In this document: positions 25,778-38,652 of the stretch, piece after piece
Layout: every line of letters starts with the position of its first letter
Position numbering within the stretch: the first letter of the stretch is position 1
Assembly: GCF_009914755.1 (NCBI RefSeq)
Contig: NC_060928.1
Strand: one strand, 5' to 3'
Length of the DNA: 64,000 nucleotides
Source: the human T2T-CHM13v2.0 reference genome, Homo sapiens
The notes under the pieces: model-generated
Seen by the model: only the letters and a program-made list of their open reading frames with translations
Told to the model about the DNA's origin: nothing
Database searches by the model: none
Translations under genes and position numbers: made by a program

Positions 25778-27869
25778 TCTGGACTAACCAGTGGGTTGGT
25801 TCACCTGAGCAGAAAGTCAGCCGTAAGCTGAAACCGCATGTGGCCCCCTGGCCCCTTCGACTTTTGGCTTGTGTCCCAGGGACTCGTACACACGGTGCCA
25901 GCAAGGGGTAAGGGTGACGGAGGGATTTGTGAATGGTGCTTCTGCGTGCGTGGAGGCTGAGCCTTGCTGATGTAAAGGAGGAGGTATCCAGAGTGAGAAG
26001 AAAGGCTATTTATGGCAAAGAGTTGTGAAATTTCTTGGGGTTTCCTTTTAGTGTATCCTGAACTGCTCTCTTTCTCTCTCTCTCTCTCTCCTCTCCCTGC
26101 CTCAGAATTAGAAGCAATTATGCTTCCCCTTCCTCTCGTGGGACATGGAATATGAAATGAAGTAAAAAAAAAACTCATATTTTTACAGGTAGAAAAAAAT
26201 ACTTCTTAGAAGTTACAGATTCTTTGCCCTTTAATGTTTTTATGTCCTCTTCTCCACCCCTCTTACCTTTTCAGGCAGTCAGTAGGACTTACAAGTCAGA
26301 AAATACCTACTTGGTTTCAACAGCTTTCATTTCTGAAATCTTTACAGTTGAATACCTTCCTATTGAAATGTAACACACATCCTCCCTTCTCTGCCCCTCA
26401 AGGACTATTAAAAATAATGTGTACACGTTTAAAGTAAAGCTGGTTTTATTAACAGCCTTAGGGAAAACGGATAAGAGGACACCTAGGTGGGGGTCAGTTA
26501 TCACTGGTTCCTTCAAAACTGGTTATTAAGGGAAGACCTAAAATACTGGTAATCTAGGCTATAATATAATTTGTCTTGGTTTCTCTTTCTGTTTGCTTTA
26601 TAACAGGTACATGTTCCAGATACGTAACTTGAAACTTAAAGATGCCTTGGGACAGTGCCTGTCACGGTGCTTATAAAATGAATGTTTTCTCTTAAAAGTA
26701 GCAACCTGTACTTTTATAGAACTGTGACTGGGTTTAGTAGTAGGACAGTATCCTTAATATTGCAAACTGAAATGTCTCTAAAAGCCTGCCAAGACAATGT
26801 TTTTCAAATATTGAAATTCCATGTTGTAACCACACTTTCAATAGTTTCACAGAGAAAAAAGAGAAGTTGGTCAACCTATTGTCAGAGTGATTTGTCTTCA
26901 TTTAAATTAATTAGTTATTTTGATCAAAACAAACCAACTGTTGTTTGTATTGTTTTATTGCTTTCCTAAACAGTCCTGTTCTTTGAAAAACAAAGCAGAG
27001 TTAAGGATTTGATATTTTGATTTTGTTAGATTTATATTACTTTGAAATACATTTTCAACACGGAAGCATGTGCAGCTTTAAATATTAGGTTAGAACTCAG
27101 ATGGAGAACCCCATTCGGAGGGTTATTACCTCAACTATCCCAAACTATTTGAACATAGATATAATAGGGAATTAAAAAATGTAATTGATGAACTGTATTA
27201 TTGCAATCATTAAAAGTCCTATTTATGAGTATTTTGTTTTTTGACAGTTAAGAGAATCAGCAACTGTTTATTATTTTAAAGATACATTATTTATACCATA
27301 GAATGTTAATTTAGATAAAACAAAGTAGAAAATGAAAAATTTGTTATATTTTTACAGTAATAGTTATTCAACCCTTTATTGCATTTTATTACTCATCATA
27401 ATGCTCATAATAAAGGGCCTAACGTTTGCAAAGTACTACTGTCTAGGCATTGGGGAGGAACGGGAGATTCCTTGTTCCCTGTCTTTCAGGAACTTACTTG
27501 CCATGTGGGAGGAATCTGATGCTCATGCTTGAGCGTAGAGTTAACAACCCGTAACAATAAGAGATTACATGTCTAATGAGTACTACAGGAGTTCAGAACA
27601 TGACAATAACATTTCATACTGGATTTTGTTTGAGAATGCTTCGGGGGTGGGTAAGACTTGCTTGATCTTGATGTTAAAGGATAAGCAGGATTAGTACATT
27701 GTGGATAAGAAAAATATAAGGTATAAGATGCAAGTCTCCTGGAATAATAGAAAAGAACATATAAGGGAAGATAAGTTTGTTCTGATATAAATTAAGATAT
27801 TGCTGGATATTTTGCAGAGTGCAGGTTGAGTCTGTTTTGGATGTACATCCTTCTACACATTCTATTCTT

Positions 27870-28163
27870 TTTTTTTGTTTGTTTCTGAGATGGATTTTTG
27901 CTCTGTCACCCAGGCTGGATTTCAGTGGCGCTACCTCGGCTCACTGCAACCTCAGCCTCTCGGGTTCAAGTGATTCTCCTGCCTCAGCCTCCGGAGTAGT
28001 TGGGACTACAGGCGCATGCCACCCCGCCCAGCTAAATTTTGAATTTCTAGTAGAGATGGGGTTTTGCTATGTTGGCTAGGCTGGTCTCAAACTCCTGACC
28101 TCATGATCAACCCGCCTCGGCCTCCTGTGCTGGGATTACAGGCGTGACCCACTGCGCCCTGCC
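27870..28163 (-). mobile_element. Alu (AluSg/Sc-type)
   Basis: Full antisense Alu. TSD CACATTCTATTCTT at 27856-27869 and 28164-28177. Confidence 0.95.
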
Positions 28164-28239
28164 CACATTCTATTCTTGAATTTAATTGTTAATATTTACA
28201 CATTTAAGAAGACAAATCTTTAGCTTTATGTTGTCTTTT

Positions 28240-28545
<306 letters not shown>

Positions 28546-30183
28546 TATATTGCCTTTTAATAGACAATATGTACTTGTATTACTACAGTAGTGCAATAGA
28601 GTTCTTGTAGAGAATATGTACTTTAAATATTTAAATGTATCCACATCTCACTAATGTGTTGAGTAAAAGTGGCACACCTCTTTATAGTGAGGTGTTTTCG
28701 GTATTTCCCTAAGCAAATCTTTTTAGGTTTGCTCTAAAGAAGTGTGATGATGTGTAAAAGAATAACAGTATTAATAGTGAGCATCTATTGAATACTCAAC
28801 ATTTTATTCTTCATATAAAATGTGTTGTCTATTAATATATTTCATATAATAGTTTATTTTAAACTTCTTAGATTTATTGAATCTATTAGATTAGATTTTA
28901 TTTAAAGTTATTGTATGCAGCCACATAATAGTTAATCTATCCATATATTATTTGCCATAAATATAGAGCTATGATACGGAGCCTATAGTGAAAATTTTAG
29001 AATTTTAGCAACAATTTTATGGCTATTTTAACTATCTTCTGATAAATAAATTGTATTAACAATAACACCATGACCTGTCTCTAAACTTAGTTGTTTTTTT
29101 CTTTGTGTATATAGGTTGATTTTAGACAAACTGCTTAAAATGCATTTCTTCATTTCAAGAATAAAAGGGAAACATCTGAGTTGACTTTGAGCCTGTACAT
29201 TCAATATGACACCCCAGAAGTATGTTTTGGTGACAGTAAAGAAATTGCACAAATATTAGACATGACTTTCAATAAATAACCAAATGGAATTACTTTCAGA
29301 TTAGTTGAATTAAAATATTTTCATATATATATTTTGTTGACAGTGAATAGATAAGAGTTATTACAAAAGTGAAAGCCTATTTAATCACCAATTTTATATT
29401 CATGCAAGAATGGAATGATTCCCCATGTAGTTAGGGTACAAACTAGCCTATCTGTTAATTGGTACCTTTTGAATTTGGTTTTGGACTATATGTCACAGGT
29501 GTATCATTTCGATAATGTAATCTCGTCCACTGTATGACTGACAGCTTCTGCATGATTTCCCTATTGGACAGTGACAAAATCTGTTTGCTTTATAGTGAGT
29601 ACATACACTTCTATCAGCAATATTATCTTCCCTGTGCAAGAGTGTCAGTTAACAATAAAACATGAAGTCTGGGGTGGGAGAAGCAGTGAAAAAAGATGGG
29701 GAGATTGAGGAGAAAACACTGTAACAAAAGAAACATGTTTTACTATGAAGCTTAAACTGAATATTAAAATATAAAGCTGACTATTCTAAACTGCAGTACA
29801 TTACCAAGATATTGTTATCAGTCTACTTTAAACAACCATATTGTATTTTAAGTTGTTTCCATGCAGCCTAAATTTTTTTAAAAGGTGTTTGTTGGAAATA
29901 TTTACTGAGGTGTTTGATATATTACAAATTGTTAAAAGATTTCTGCTCAGATCATTAACTAATGAAGTTATTTGCCAAATTCCTGGCCCTATACCTGGAA
30001 TAACTTAAAGCACGGCTTTTGGTTTTGCATCATTTACACTGCACTAACTCTTTTCAAATATTAATTAAAGTTAAACTTCATTAAAAGTTTTGAATTTTTA
30101 AACTGTGCTTTGATACTAAATACAGTCCAAAGGACTTTTATAAAGAAACAGTTTATTATCTAGTGACAATTCTTAACCTAGAG

Positions 30184-30343
30184 TAGTGGTTTTCAAAATG
30201 TGGTGTCCTAAGCAGCAATAGCAGCAAGTATAAACTTGTTAAAATGCCATATCTGGAGCCCCACCACAGACTGATTGATTCAGAAGCTCTGGGGTGGGGT
30301 TCTCTGTGTGATTCTTATGCACTCTAGAATTTGAAAGCCACTG
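30184..30343. mobile_element. MER5A hAT-Charlie element
   Basis: TIRs tagtggttttcaaa / tttgaaagccactg. Perfect 8-bp TSD ACCTAGAG at 30176-30183 and 30344-30351. Confidence 0.9.
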
Positions 30344-32599
30344 ACCTAGAGTATTTTAGAGTAAAAACTGAAGGCTATGTCTTTCTTCTGTTTTATAAAT
30401 AAATACTTCCCTCAGCTGGTAGTAAACTAAGGTTCAGATATTCAGTTTTGGAAAATATTCCATTGTCCATCAAAAGTTTTTCATCTTAACTATGTTTTCT
30501 GACCAAATTTTTAATGAGTTCCCATTGCTTGTGCAAGAATTTGCTGTTGATTGGGGAGGGAATACATGAAAATTTAACTGGATAGTAATGACTGTAGGCT
30601 GGACCTTATTGGTAGGTAGTTATAATGCAAAGGGTATGCACAATACAAAAGTTGACCAATTTCTGTTTAGTTTTGTTGACTCTCCTGTGATATTTTTGGT
30701 TTTGGCATATAGTAAGCACCTTTCTTTGGATAAGATTATAGCTGTTTTAGCTGTACAATAATAATATCACACATGAAATATTCTAAGTCCCACTGCTGAA
30801 ATAAATTTTGGACCATAGCTCTACGTCTTTCAAGCTTAAATATAATGTGTTCACATCCTGTATCACCTTTATACCACTGTTTCTCTCCCTTTCCACCGAA
30901 CCCTTGCTTCTCTATTTCAATCATCACTTCCCTAGGGATACCTTTCTTGGCCTTGTTTTCTACATCGGTTGCCCTGTTATATATAGTTTTGCATTATGTT
31001 CCTCTTCCTTGTGGTACTTTTGGCAGTTTAAATTTTACCTGTTTTGTATGATTGGTTCAGTATTGCTTCATCAGTGTTAGCAATGTCCAGCACATAGTAG
31101 ACGCCTGATAAATAGTGCCTAAAAGAATATATGAATAAATAACTGAGCTTCTTTGCCTTCATTCTGAGAATGTTTTATTTTTTCCAAAGAAAGAAACCTT
31201 AAGAAATATTAAAAATAAGGGGAGTCTTAGAATTTTTGCAAACATAGGTATTTCCTGTTTTGCAAATTATGAAATATTATTTTATTAACAATAGCAATGA
31301 CTGTAATGTGCTGGACACTTCTTACATGATATACACTTTATAATGTTATGTCATGTCATTCTAACATTGTAAAGTTAGTTTGATGCATATATTAGAGATG
31401 AGGAAACCGAGTCTCTGTTCTATGGTCTGCTAAACTATATAGACCAAACTTTGATTTTTAAAGTGATAATGATGCAAAAATTATGAAACTCATAAACAGA
31501 GAAACTCTGAAGGAGTATATCTCCTCTTTCTTCCTAATTTAACCAAGGGCCCAGCAGCAATATCTGTGTATTACCTGTCCTTTTGCCACCATCTTGAATG
31601 ATGCTGCCATTGCTTCTTGGGTCACTGAGGACTTGGAGATGGAGGACCTGCAAGGCTGGTACTCCCATCTTCTTATTGCTATTTTCAGTGGGGATATTGT
31701 GCACTCTCAGTGCCATTCAACCACACTTCTCTTACTCTATTTAGTCAGAATCACTGAACTCTTTAATGAAAATTTAAGATGTAACCAAGTATAATTTTGT
31801 GAATGTGTGCGTTCATGCAGAGAAAGTTCAGACATTAGATATTCCACTTCATATTTGAAGTTATGCAGCTTATCTTCTGGAAAGGTTCATGCAGAGCTTT
31901 GAGCATGTTGCTTAAGAAAAGTTGAGCTTATGCACAAGTTATGAATCTAGCTTTCCTTCCATGAAAAGGAAATACGTTCACTGCTGCTATCAGATTTAAT
32001 TTAGTTTCTTTTAACTTTTATTCTTCAGTTCATCTATTTAACTGTGGATTTAATCAGTGTTCACATATTTGTAGCAAAGGATATATTTAAAGGCTGATTT
32101 CATAGAAGTAAATGGACAGAAAGTTAAATTTGGTTATTTTGAAACTCTCTTCAAGACTATACAAAGTTATATATATTTTATAATGTGTTTAAATCAGTCA
32201 AAACCATGAATAAAACTAGATTAATAATATCAAGGATTAAAAAATGTTTTTTTAACTAATTTTTCACTTATGGCTTATTTTGTAGCTTTTGTCAAAATCT
32301 ATTTCTGTTACTGGAAGAATGAACTCTAACTTGAGCCTTAACCATGCTCCTGATTCGGAAGCATTCTTTCTATATAATGAAAAATTAACTGATTTCTAGC
32401 CTAACATTTTGTGGCTTAACATTAAGCAGCCTTTGATAACTCAACTCTAACATTACAACGTATTTCTAGTAATTAGGCTTACTTCTATAACTGAAACTGA
32501 TTTCTCGCTTAATATTTTGCCCTGTATCTTGATAAATTACCCAATCTCACTATTCCTCCTAGCATTTGAGCAAGACCCCCCCTTTGAAAAAAAACAACA

Positions 32600-32675
32600 A
32601 CTGGGATCCTGCCTCTGAAACAACCTCATTTTTTAAAAAAAAGACTGGGATCCTGCCTCTGAAACAACCTCATTT
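32600..32675. repeat. 32-bp perfect direct repeat (period 44)
   Basis: ACTGGGATCCTGCCTCTGAAACAACCTCATTT at 32600-32631 and 32644-32675. Confidence 0.95.
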
Positions 32676-33446
32676 CCTGAGCCATTTTATCTGCCAGCAG
32701 ACACCAGAAAACACAACACTTTCCTGGATCTCCAAACATTGCTAGCTCTTAGAAGTATGCTTCATTTCAATACTCACTCTTGGATTTCCATGATGCCAAC
32801 TACTTATGGCATATTGCCTTGCTCCTGCATAGTTAGACTGGTTAGACTTTTTCTAAGTATTTACAGCTGTGCCTCTGGAGTGCTTTCTAAACGACAGTGC
32901 AGTTGTAGTACCAGTTTAGGACCATCGCCAGACTGCCTCATTTTGCTGAATGTAACCTTTCCTTACCTGGCTGTGCCCCACTAGAAAGATAGTCATGCAT
33001 CATCATTGACAATAAATATTTTATAAATGTTTATTATAGAGTTGAAGTCCGTCAGTTTCAAAAATAATCATGCACCTCTTATTGGTATTATCTTAAAGTA
33101 TAAATTACCAATAACTTATGGTGTTTACTGAACAGCTTAATCCACAATAAATGAAATACTTGGAATTCTGTATCTTATTTGGTGTCCAAATGTGATATGT
33201 GTGTACAAATATATGCACAATGTGCATATGAATTCTTTAGGGTTTGCCTGTTTCTCTTTTTCTAGTCACCTAAGTTCATGATGATATGACTCTTCTGCAG
33301 TCTCCTTCATAACCTTATTTGTATCTTATGTATTTAGAATGTAGAAAAATTGACGAAATTTATTCCACACAGTAAGTTTTCTTCTCTAATTTCTCCAGTT
33401 CATTAGTGAAATTTAGTACTGCTCCTGTACTCAAGGAGTGTTTATT

Positions 33447-33613
33447 AGCTGGGTGTGGTGGAGCACTCTTGTAGGTCCTAGCTACTTGGGAGGCTGAGGT
33501 GGGAGGATTGCATGAGCCTAGGAGTTCGAGGCTGCAGTGAGCTATGATCACACCATGCATTCCAGCTTGGGCAACAGCAAGACCCTGTCTCTAAAAAAGA
33601 AAAGGTAAAAAAA
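33447..33613 (+). mobile_element. Free right Alu monomer (FRAM) or AluJ right arm
   Basis: Single right arm with A tail. Flanks aggagtgttt / agaagtgttt. Confidence 0.88.
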
Positions 33614-35432
33614 GAAGTGTTTGCTTAGCTAAGTGTACTACTCTAATTCAGCCTTTATGGGGATATCAGTGATATACCATTCTTATTAAACAAATTCAGA
33701 CTAAGTTGTTGTATTTATGTACCTATTCACTGAAATTAGCTCTTTCTTGGAAGCAAATATTATGAATCTGTTAATGAATGTTTGTTGTGTGTGTGTTTTG
33801 CAATAGCAGTAAATAATGTATTACAAACCTACATCATGTTTACAAATAAAAGCCAACCAAACATGAATTAGAGGCATGGCAAAAATAAATGGCTAAATTT
33901 CTAGGCAAGTATCCCTTTAGAGAACTGTTTTTGTTTGTCTGTTTAGTTTTGTTTATTTTATAGATATAGAAAGGACCAAAACGTTAAGTCTGAATATATA
34001 AAATGGATTGTGAGTGCTTCTTGATAATAGACAATATTCTTCAAGACATTTAGGAAAAGCTCGAAGTGAGAAAACCATGCATATATCCCAGAAACCATCA
34101 GGTGAGAAGTTAGGAAAAGGAGGAAAATACTAGCTCTAAACAAGACCCAAATTCATTGTTATAAATATAAATTAAGAATAACTTATTTCAGGTAAAGTTT
34201 CAATATATTTTAGAGGTAACAAAACCCCACTGAGTTTGTACAATAAGATTCTTAAATTTTCAAAGGAATGTTACCTAGTGCACAGATAGCTCAAGAATAA
34301 TTATTGACTTTTTCAGCTAGTAATATTGTATTCATGTATAAATGACCTAGGAATATTAAAAGTACTCATTAATAAATGAGCTCCACAGAAGTCAGAATGT
34401 GACTCCCATAATGTAAATCTTAAAAATTAAAGTACAGATTACTAAACTGGGCCATTAAATGAAACATTACAAATTTGTACACAGGTATATAAACTTTTAG
34501 AAACATTATGACTAAAATTGTTTTTGAGAGGTATTCCTTACAGGGTACTTCAAAGTATAAATATAGGGGAATTGGAGAGATAGCTTCATTATCAACAACA
34601 ATTCAGTTTCTGATAGGAGGAAGGGACCTGAAATGGGAAGTTTTACGTTGATTATCGGGACAATATAGTATGAATTCTAGCCTGGCTTGGAACACAGAGG
34701 GGATAAAGACCCCAGAGTGGTAACTATCCAGTGAGGAGAAGGAAGGTATTGCCTCCCAGGATATTTCTGAGGAGAGTCAGGTTCATTGGACGGTGATATA
34801 GAAAGTACCCAGCCTCAGAGGCCTGGTTCAGGAAATAAATGGATGAGATATTTTAAAAGCTAAGGAATTATAATTTGAATACAAAACAGATTAGTAAATT
34901 TGAAGTTCTGGAGATTCTCTAATCTCAATTCCAATCTGCTAGCCATCAGTCTGCACAGTCACCTTTGACGCAGAGGAGCTATCCAGGGTACTAGATCTTG
35001 CTGACCTCTCTTGCAAAAATGCAAAACATGCCGTTTTTGTTTACGTTAATCATAGAGTCTGCTGTTGCAGATGCTACGTTACTTAACTGCAGTTACTAAC
35101 CTTCCATCATTTGGCTTATTCTAGTAGGCCCTTCAAAGTTCTTTTTAAAAGTAAACTCATGGAAGCCCATCTCAATTCCACATAAGAAGCATATTCTGAG
35201 TTCCAGTAATATTCTGTGTATGTTAGTATCAAATCTCCATTGAAAGTATCATAATTCACTGCTTGTTTGTACTTAATGCTCAGTAGATGGTGAGCTCTAT
35301 GAGGGCAGGGTTTTTATTTTATTTTATTCTCTTTCCCCACCAGCTGGTCTAAACCAGAGGTGTAAAGATACTCAGTATGGAAGTGAGAAATGGATGAATA
35401 AATGCACTACTACTTAAGAGTGACGTGGATTT

Positions 35433-35597
35433 CTTTTTTAAATTTTTTTTTGAGGCAAAGTCTTGCTCTGTCACGTAGGCCAGAGTGCAGTGGCACAGTC
35501 ATATCTCAATACAGCCTCAAACTCCTGGGATCAAGTGATCCTCTCACTTATGCCTCCCGAGTAGCTGGGATTACAGGTGCGCCCCACTACGCCCAAC
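35433..35597 (-). mobile_element. Free right Alu monomer (FRAM) or AluJ right arm
   Basis: Antisense right arm. TSD TAAGAGTGAC(G/A)TG(G/A)ATTT at 35415-35432 and 35598-35615. Confidence 0.88.
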
Positions 35598-35946
35598 TAA
35601 GAGTGACATGAATTTTGTCGGCATTATGTGAACTACTTCCAGTGCTAACCACTGTTCTGAATCCTACCCTAGGCTCACTTTGAACACTGCCCTCCCTGGC
35701 TATTTCATAGACTGAAAATTTGTTCTTAATTTGGAGCTGAATAGCCAACACTGGCTAAAATTCTTAAAGTAAATGAAAGGACTGGAGGAATGGTGGCAGC
35801 TAAACTACATGCATTAGGGGTTAGTGAGGTCTAGGGAAGCAAGAAGCAGTGGCACAGGCCAATTTGGAGAATGGAGATCAAAGGAGAGTTGGTTTTGTCA
35901 CTTCCTCAAACCAAAATCCTGAACACCTACTCCATGTTCACTTTTT

Positions 35947-36047
35947 TTTTTTTAATTATTTTACTTTAAGTTCTAGGGTACATATGCACAAGGTGCAGGT
36001 TTGTTACATATGTATACATGTGCCATGTTGGTGTGCTGCACCCATTA
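35947..36047 (-). mobile_element. Extremely 5'-truncated L1PA insertion (~100 nt)
   Basis: L1PA 3' terminus (tactttaagttctagggtacat…gctgcacccattaac). TSD ACTCCATGTTCACTTTTT at 35929-35946 and 36048-36065. Confidence 0.93.
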
Positions 36048-36912
36048 ACTCCATGTTCACTTTTTAAGACCTTTGGAATATGGCATTTTCTTCCACTTTA
36101 TACAGCCCAGATTCACATTTTGAAATGTTGACAAATCTGAGGTCATGTGAGGCTGTCAGAATTCTTTCATTCAGTAAACAAATGTTACTAGGCCCTATGC
36201 ATGTATCAGTTAATGAAACCCAGTATGTTTCCTGTCCCCATATAATTGATGGTCCTTGTTGAGAACAGAAGTTGGTAGACTTTTTTTTTGTTTGTCTGTT
36301 TCTTCTAGTAGCCATGTTAGTGACATCCTAGCTTGCTACACAGAGTGAGTGTGCTTGTTTCCAGATCTCCAACCTGCCTCCTCACATCATTGCCCTAAGT
36401 TTCCAATGTGGCAAAAAGGGACTAAGTCATCATAGAGAAACTCTTATTTACATAAAAGATATCCTGTCACTAGTGTGGTATTGATCTGCTGGTCAGTTTT
36501 GCATGATGTTGGTAAATTATGTGCCTGTATATATTTTCCCTTATAGGGATATTTTCTGAACAGTTTAGGTTCCATGGTTTCTATTTTGGTCAGAAATTCC
36601 CTGTATTCCAAGTGCATAAGCCATAGAAAATAGCTGTGTGACCTTTAGATGGAGTGTATTTTCACTTTATAGTTCTAGCTTTCATGTTTTTGAAGTATAT
36701 ATACTATCTATCCTTCAGGTCATATGTTCCTGTTTCCTGTTTTATTTTATTTTATTCTATTTTTTTCACGTATTGCCAACAGTAATGTTCCAATTATGAA
36801 GTAGAAAAAGAAAAGCTGTATTTCTTGGTAATTTTTTTCCTTGAGAACACAATTGTGTCACTCAGAGAAATAATGTGGATTCAGAATAACAGGTGTAAAA
36901 GTATGAAAATGA

Positions 36913-37218
36913 AGCTCGGTGCAGTGGCTCATGCCTGTAATCCTAGCACTTTGGAAGGCGGATGCGGGCAGATCACCTGAGGTCAGGAGTTCGAGACCAG
37001 CCTGGACAACATGATGAACTCTGTCTCTACTAAACAAACAAACAAACAAAAATTAGCCAGGTGTGGTGGCAGGTATCTGTAATCTCAGCTACTTGGGAGG
37101 CTGAGGCAGGAGAATTGCTTGAATTCAGAGGAGGAGGTTACAGTGAGCTGAGATCATGCCACTTGCACTCCAACCTGGGCGACAGAGTGAGACTCCATCT
37201 CAAAAGTAAAGAAGTAAA
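36913..37218 (+). mobile_element. Alu (AluS-type)
   Basis: Dimeric Alu. TSD TAAAAGTATGAAAATGA at ~36896-36912 and ~37219-37235. Confidence 0.95.
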
Positions 37219-37843
37219 TAAAAGTATGAAAATGAAAAATGAATAAAGCAAAAGATCTCGGTAATCATCTTGAATAAACTGATTATTTAAAAACCTAAAA
37301 TTTCTTTGCTAAATATTTACAATTATGTCAAATAATATGGTCATCATTAATTGCATTGATTAAAAGCCACTTGTGCTATTTTCTAAGTATTACTAGAGCT
37401 GAAATATACATAATAAAAACTATGTTTAATCTATCTAAAATAAAAGTTGCCTTAAAACCCTTTCAAGAGTTAGCATGTGTGCGCAAAATTTAGGTGTTTT
37501 GTAGTGAAACTTAAAGGGATGAATTTTCGCAATCATCTGAATCATTTGTGTTGTGTAAATATAGCCCTAGGAATCCTCAGTACTCACTCAAGTTTAGGAC
37601 TCCTTAGGGACCAGAAGTGATGATTGTCTTTGATTTTAGAGTGTGTTTATAGAAAGATGGGGTCCTGCTGAGATTACATTCTTCTTTGACAAAGGAAAGT
37701 AGTTCAGTTCACACTCACATCAAAAACAAATTTTATTGAATTAAAAATTTTTTACTGGAATATTTTTTGACATGAAGACAAACTTGTATCAATCTTTGTT
37801 ATATGTGTGTACGTACACATGTACACAGGTATGTAGTAATTAA

Positions 37844-38205
<362 letters not shown>

Positions 38206-38229
38206 TTGGTCTACTTTTTTAGAATGAAG

Positions 38230-38261
38230 GGTTTAGTGTTCTCCAGAGAAACCCAGCAAGA

Positions 38262-38312
<51 letters not shown>

Positions 38313-38652
38313 TGTCTGTCTACCTATTGAAAGACTAATTTTAAGTAATTGGCTTACATGACTGAAATCTGTAGAACCGACTGGAAGGCTGGAAACTCAG
38401 GCAGGATTTTTATATTACAGTTTTGAGGCAGAATTCTTTCTTTTCCAGCAAACATCAGTTTTTATTCTTGATGCCTTCAACTCATTAGATGAGACCCACC
38501 CCACATTATCAAGGGTAATCTGCTTTACTTAAATGATTGTACATATTAATCACATCTACAAGATACCTTTACACTAACATCCAGAGCAATGTTTTATCAA
38601 ACAACTGGGCATTATAGCCCAGCCAAGTTGATACATAAAATTAACTAAAACA
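38230..38652 (-). mobile_element. MLT2 (ERV-L) solo LTR, MLT2C/D-like
   Basis: gttctccagagaaac… at the left, …cccagccaagttgatacataaaattaactaaaaca at the right. Confidence 0.82.
38262..38312. repeat. (TATC)12 tetranucleotide STR inside the MLT2 LTR
   Basis: Read directly. Confidence 0.97.

Larger units (their letters stand above)
24480..25800 (+). promoter_or_regulatory. CpG-island promoter
   Basis: Abrupt GC- and CpG-rich island in a CpG-depleted AT-rich background. GC boxes (24581, 24629), TATAAAG 24610-24616, GCCAATC 24801-24807, (CT)n 24811-24833. Confidence 0.93.

Noticed and set aside
24482-25904. Many 100-204 aa Arg/Gly/Pro/Ala-rich ORFs on both strands
   Set aside because: Expected from stop-codon scarcity in a CpG island. 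Mostly non-ATG starts, no recognisable domain, and several lie beyond the splice donor.
32600-32675. Repeat-spacer-repeat pattern resembling a CRISPR unit (also 44396-44469)
   Set aside because: Only 2-2.5 copies, no unique spacers of proper length, no cas genes, and primate genomic context.
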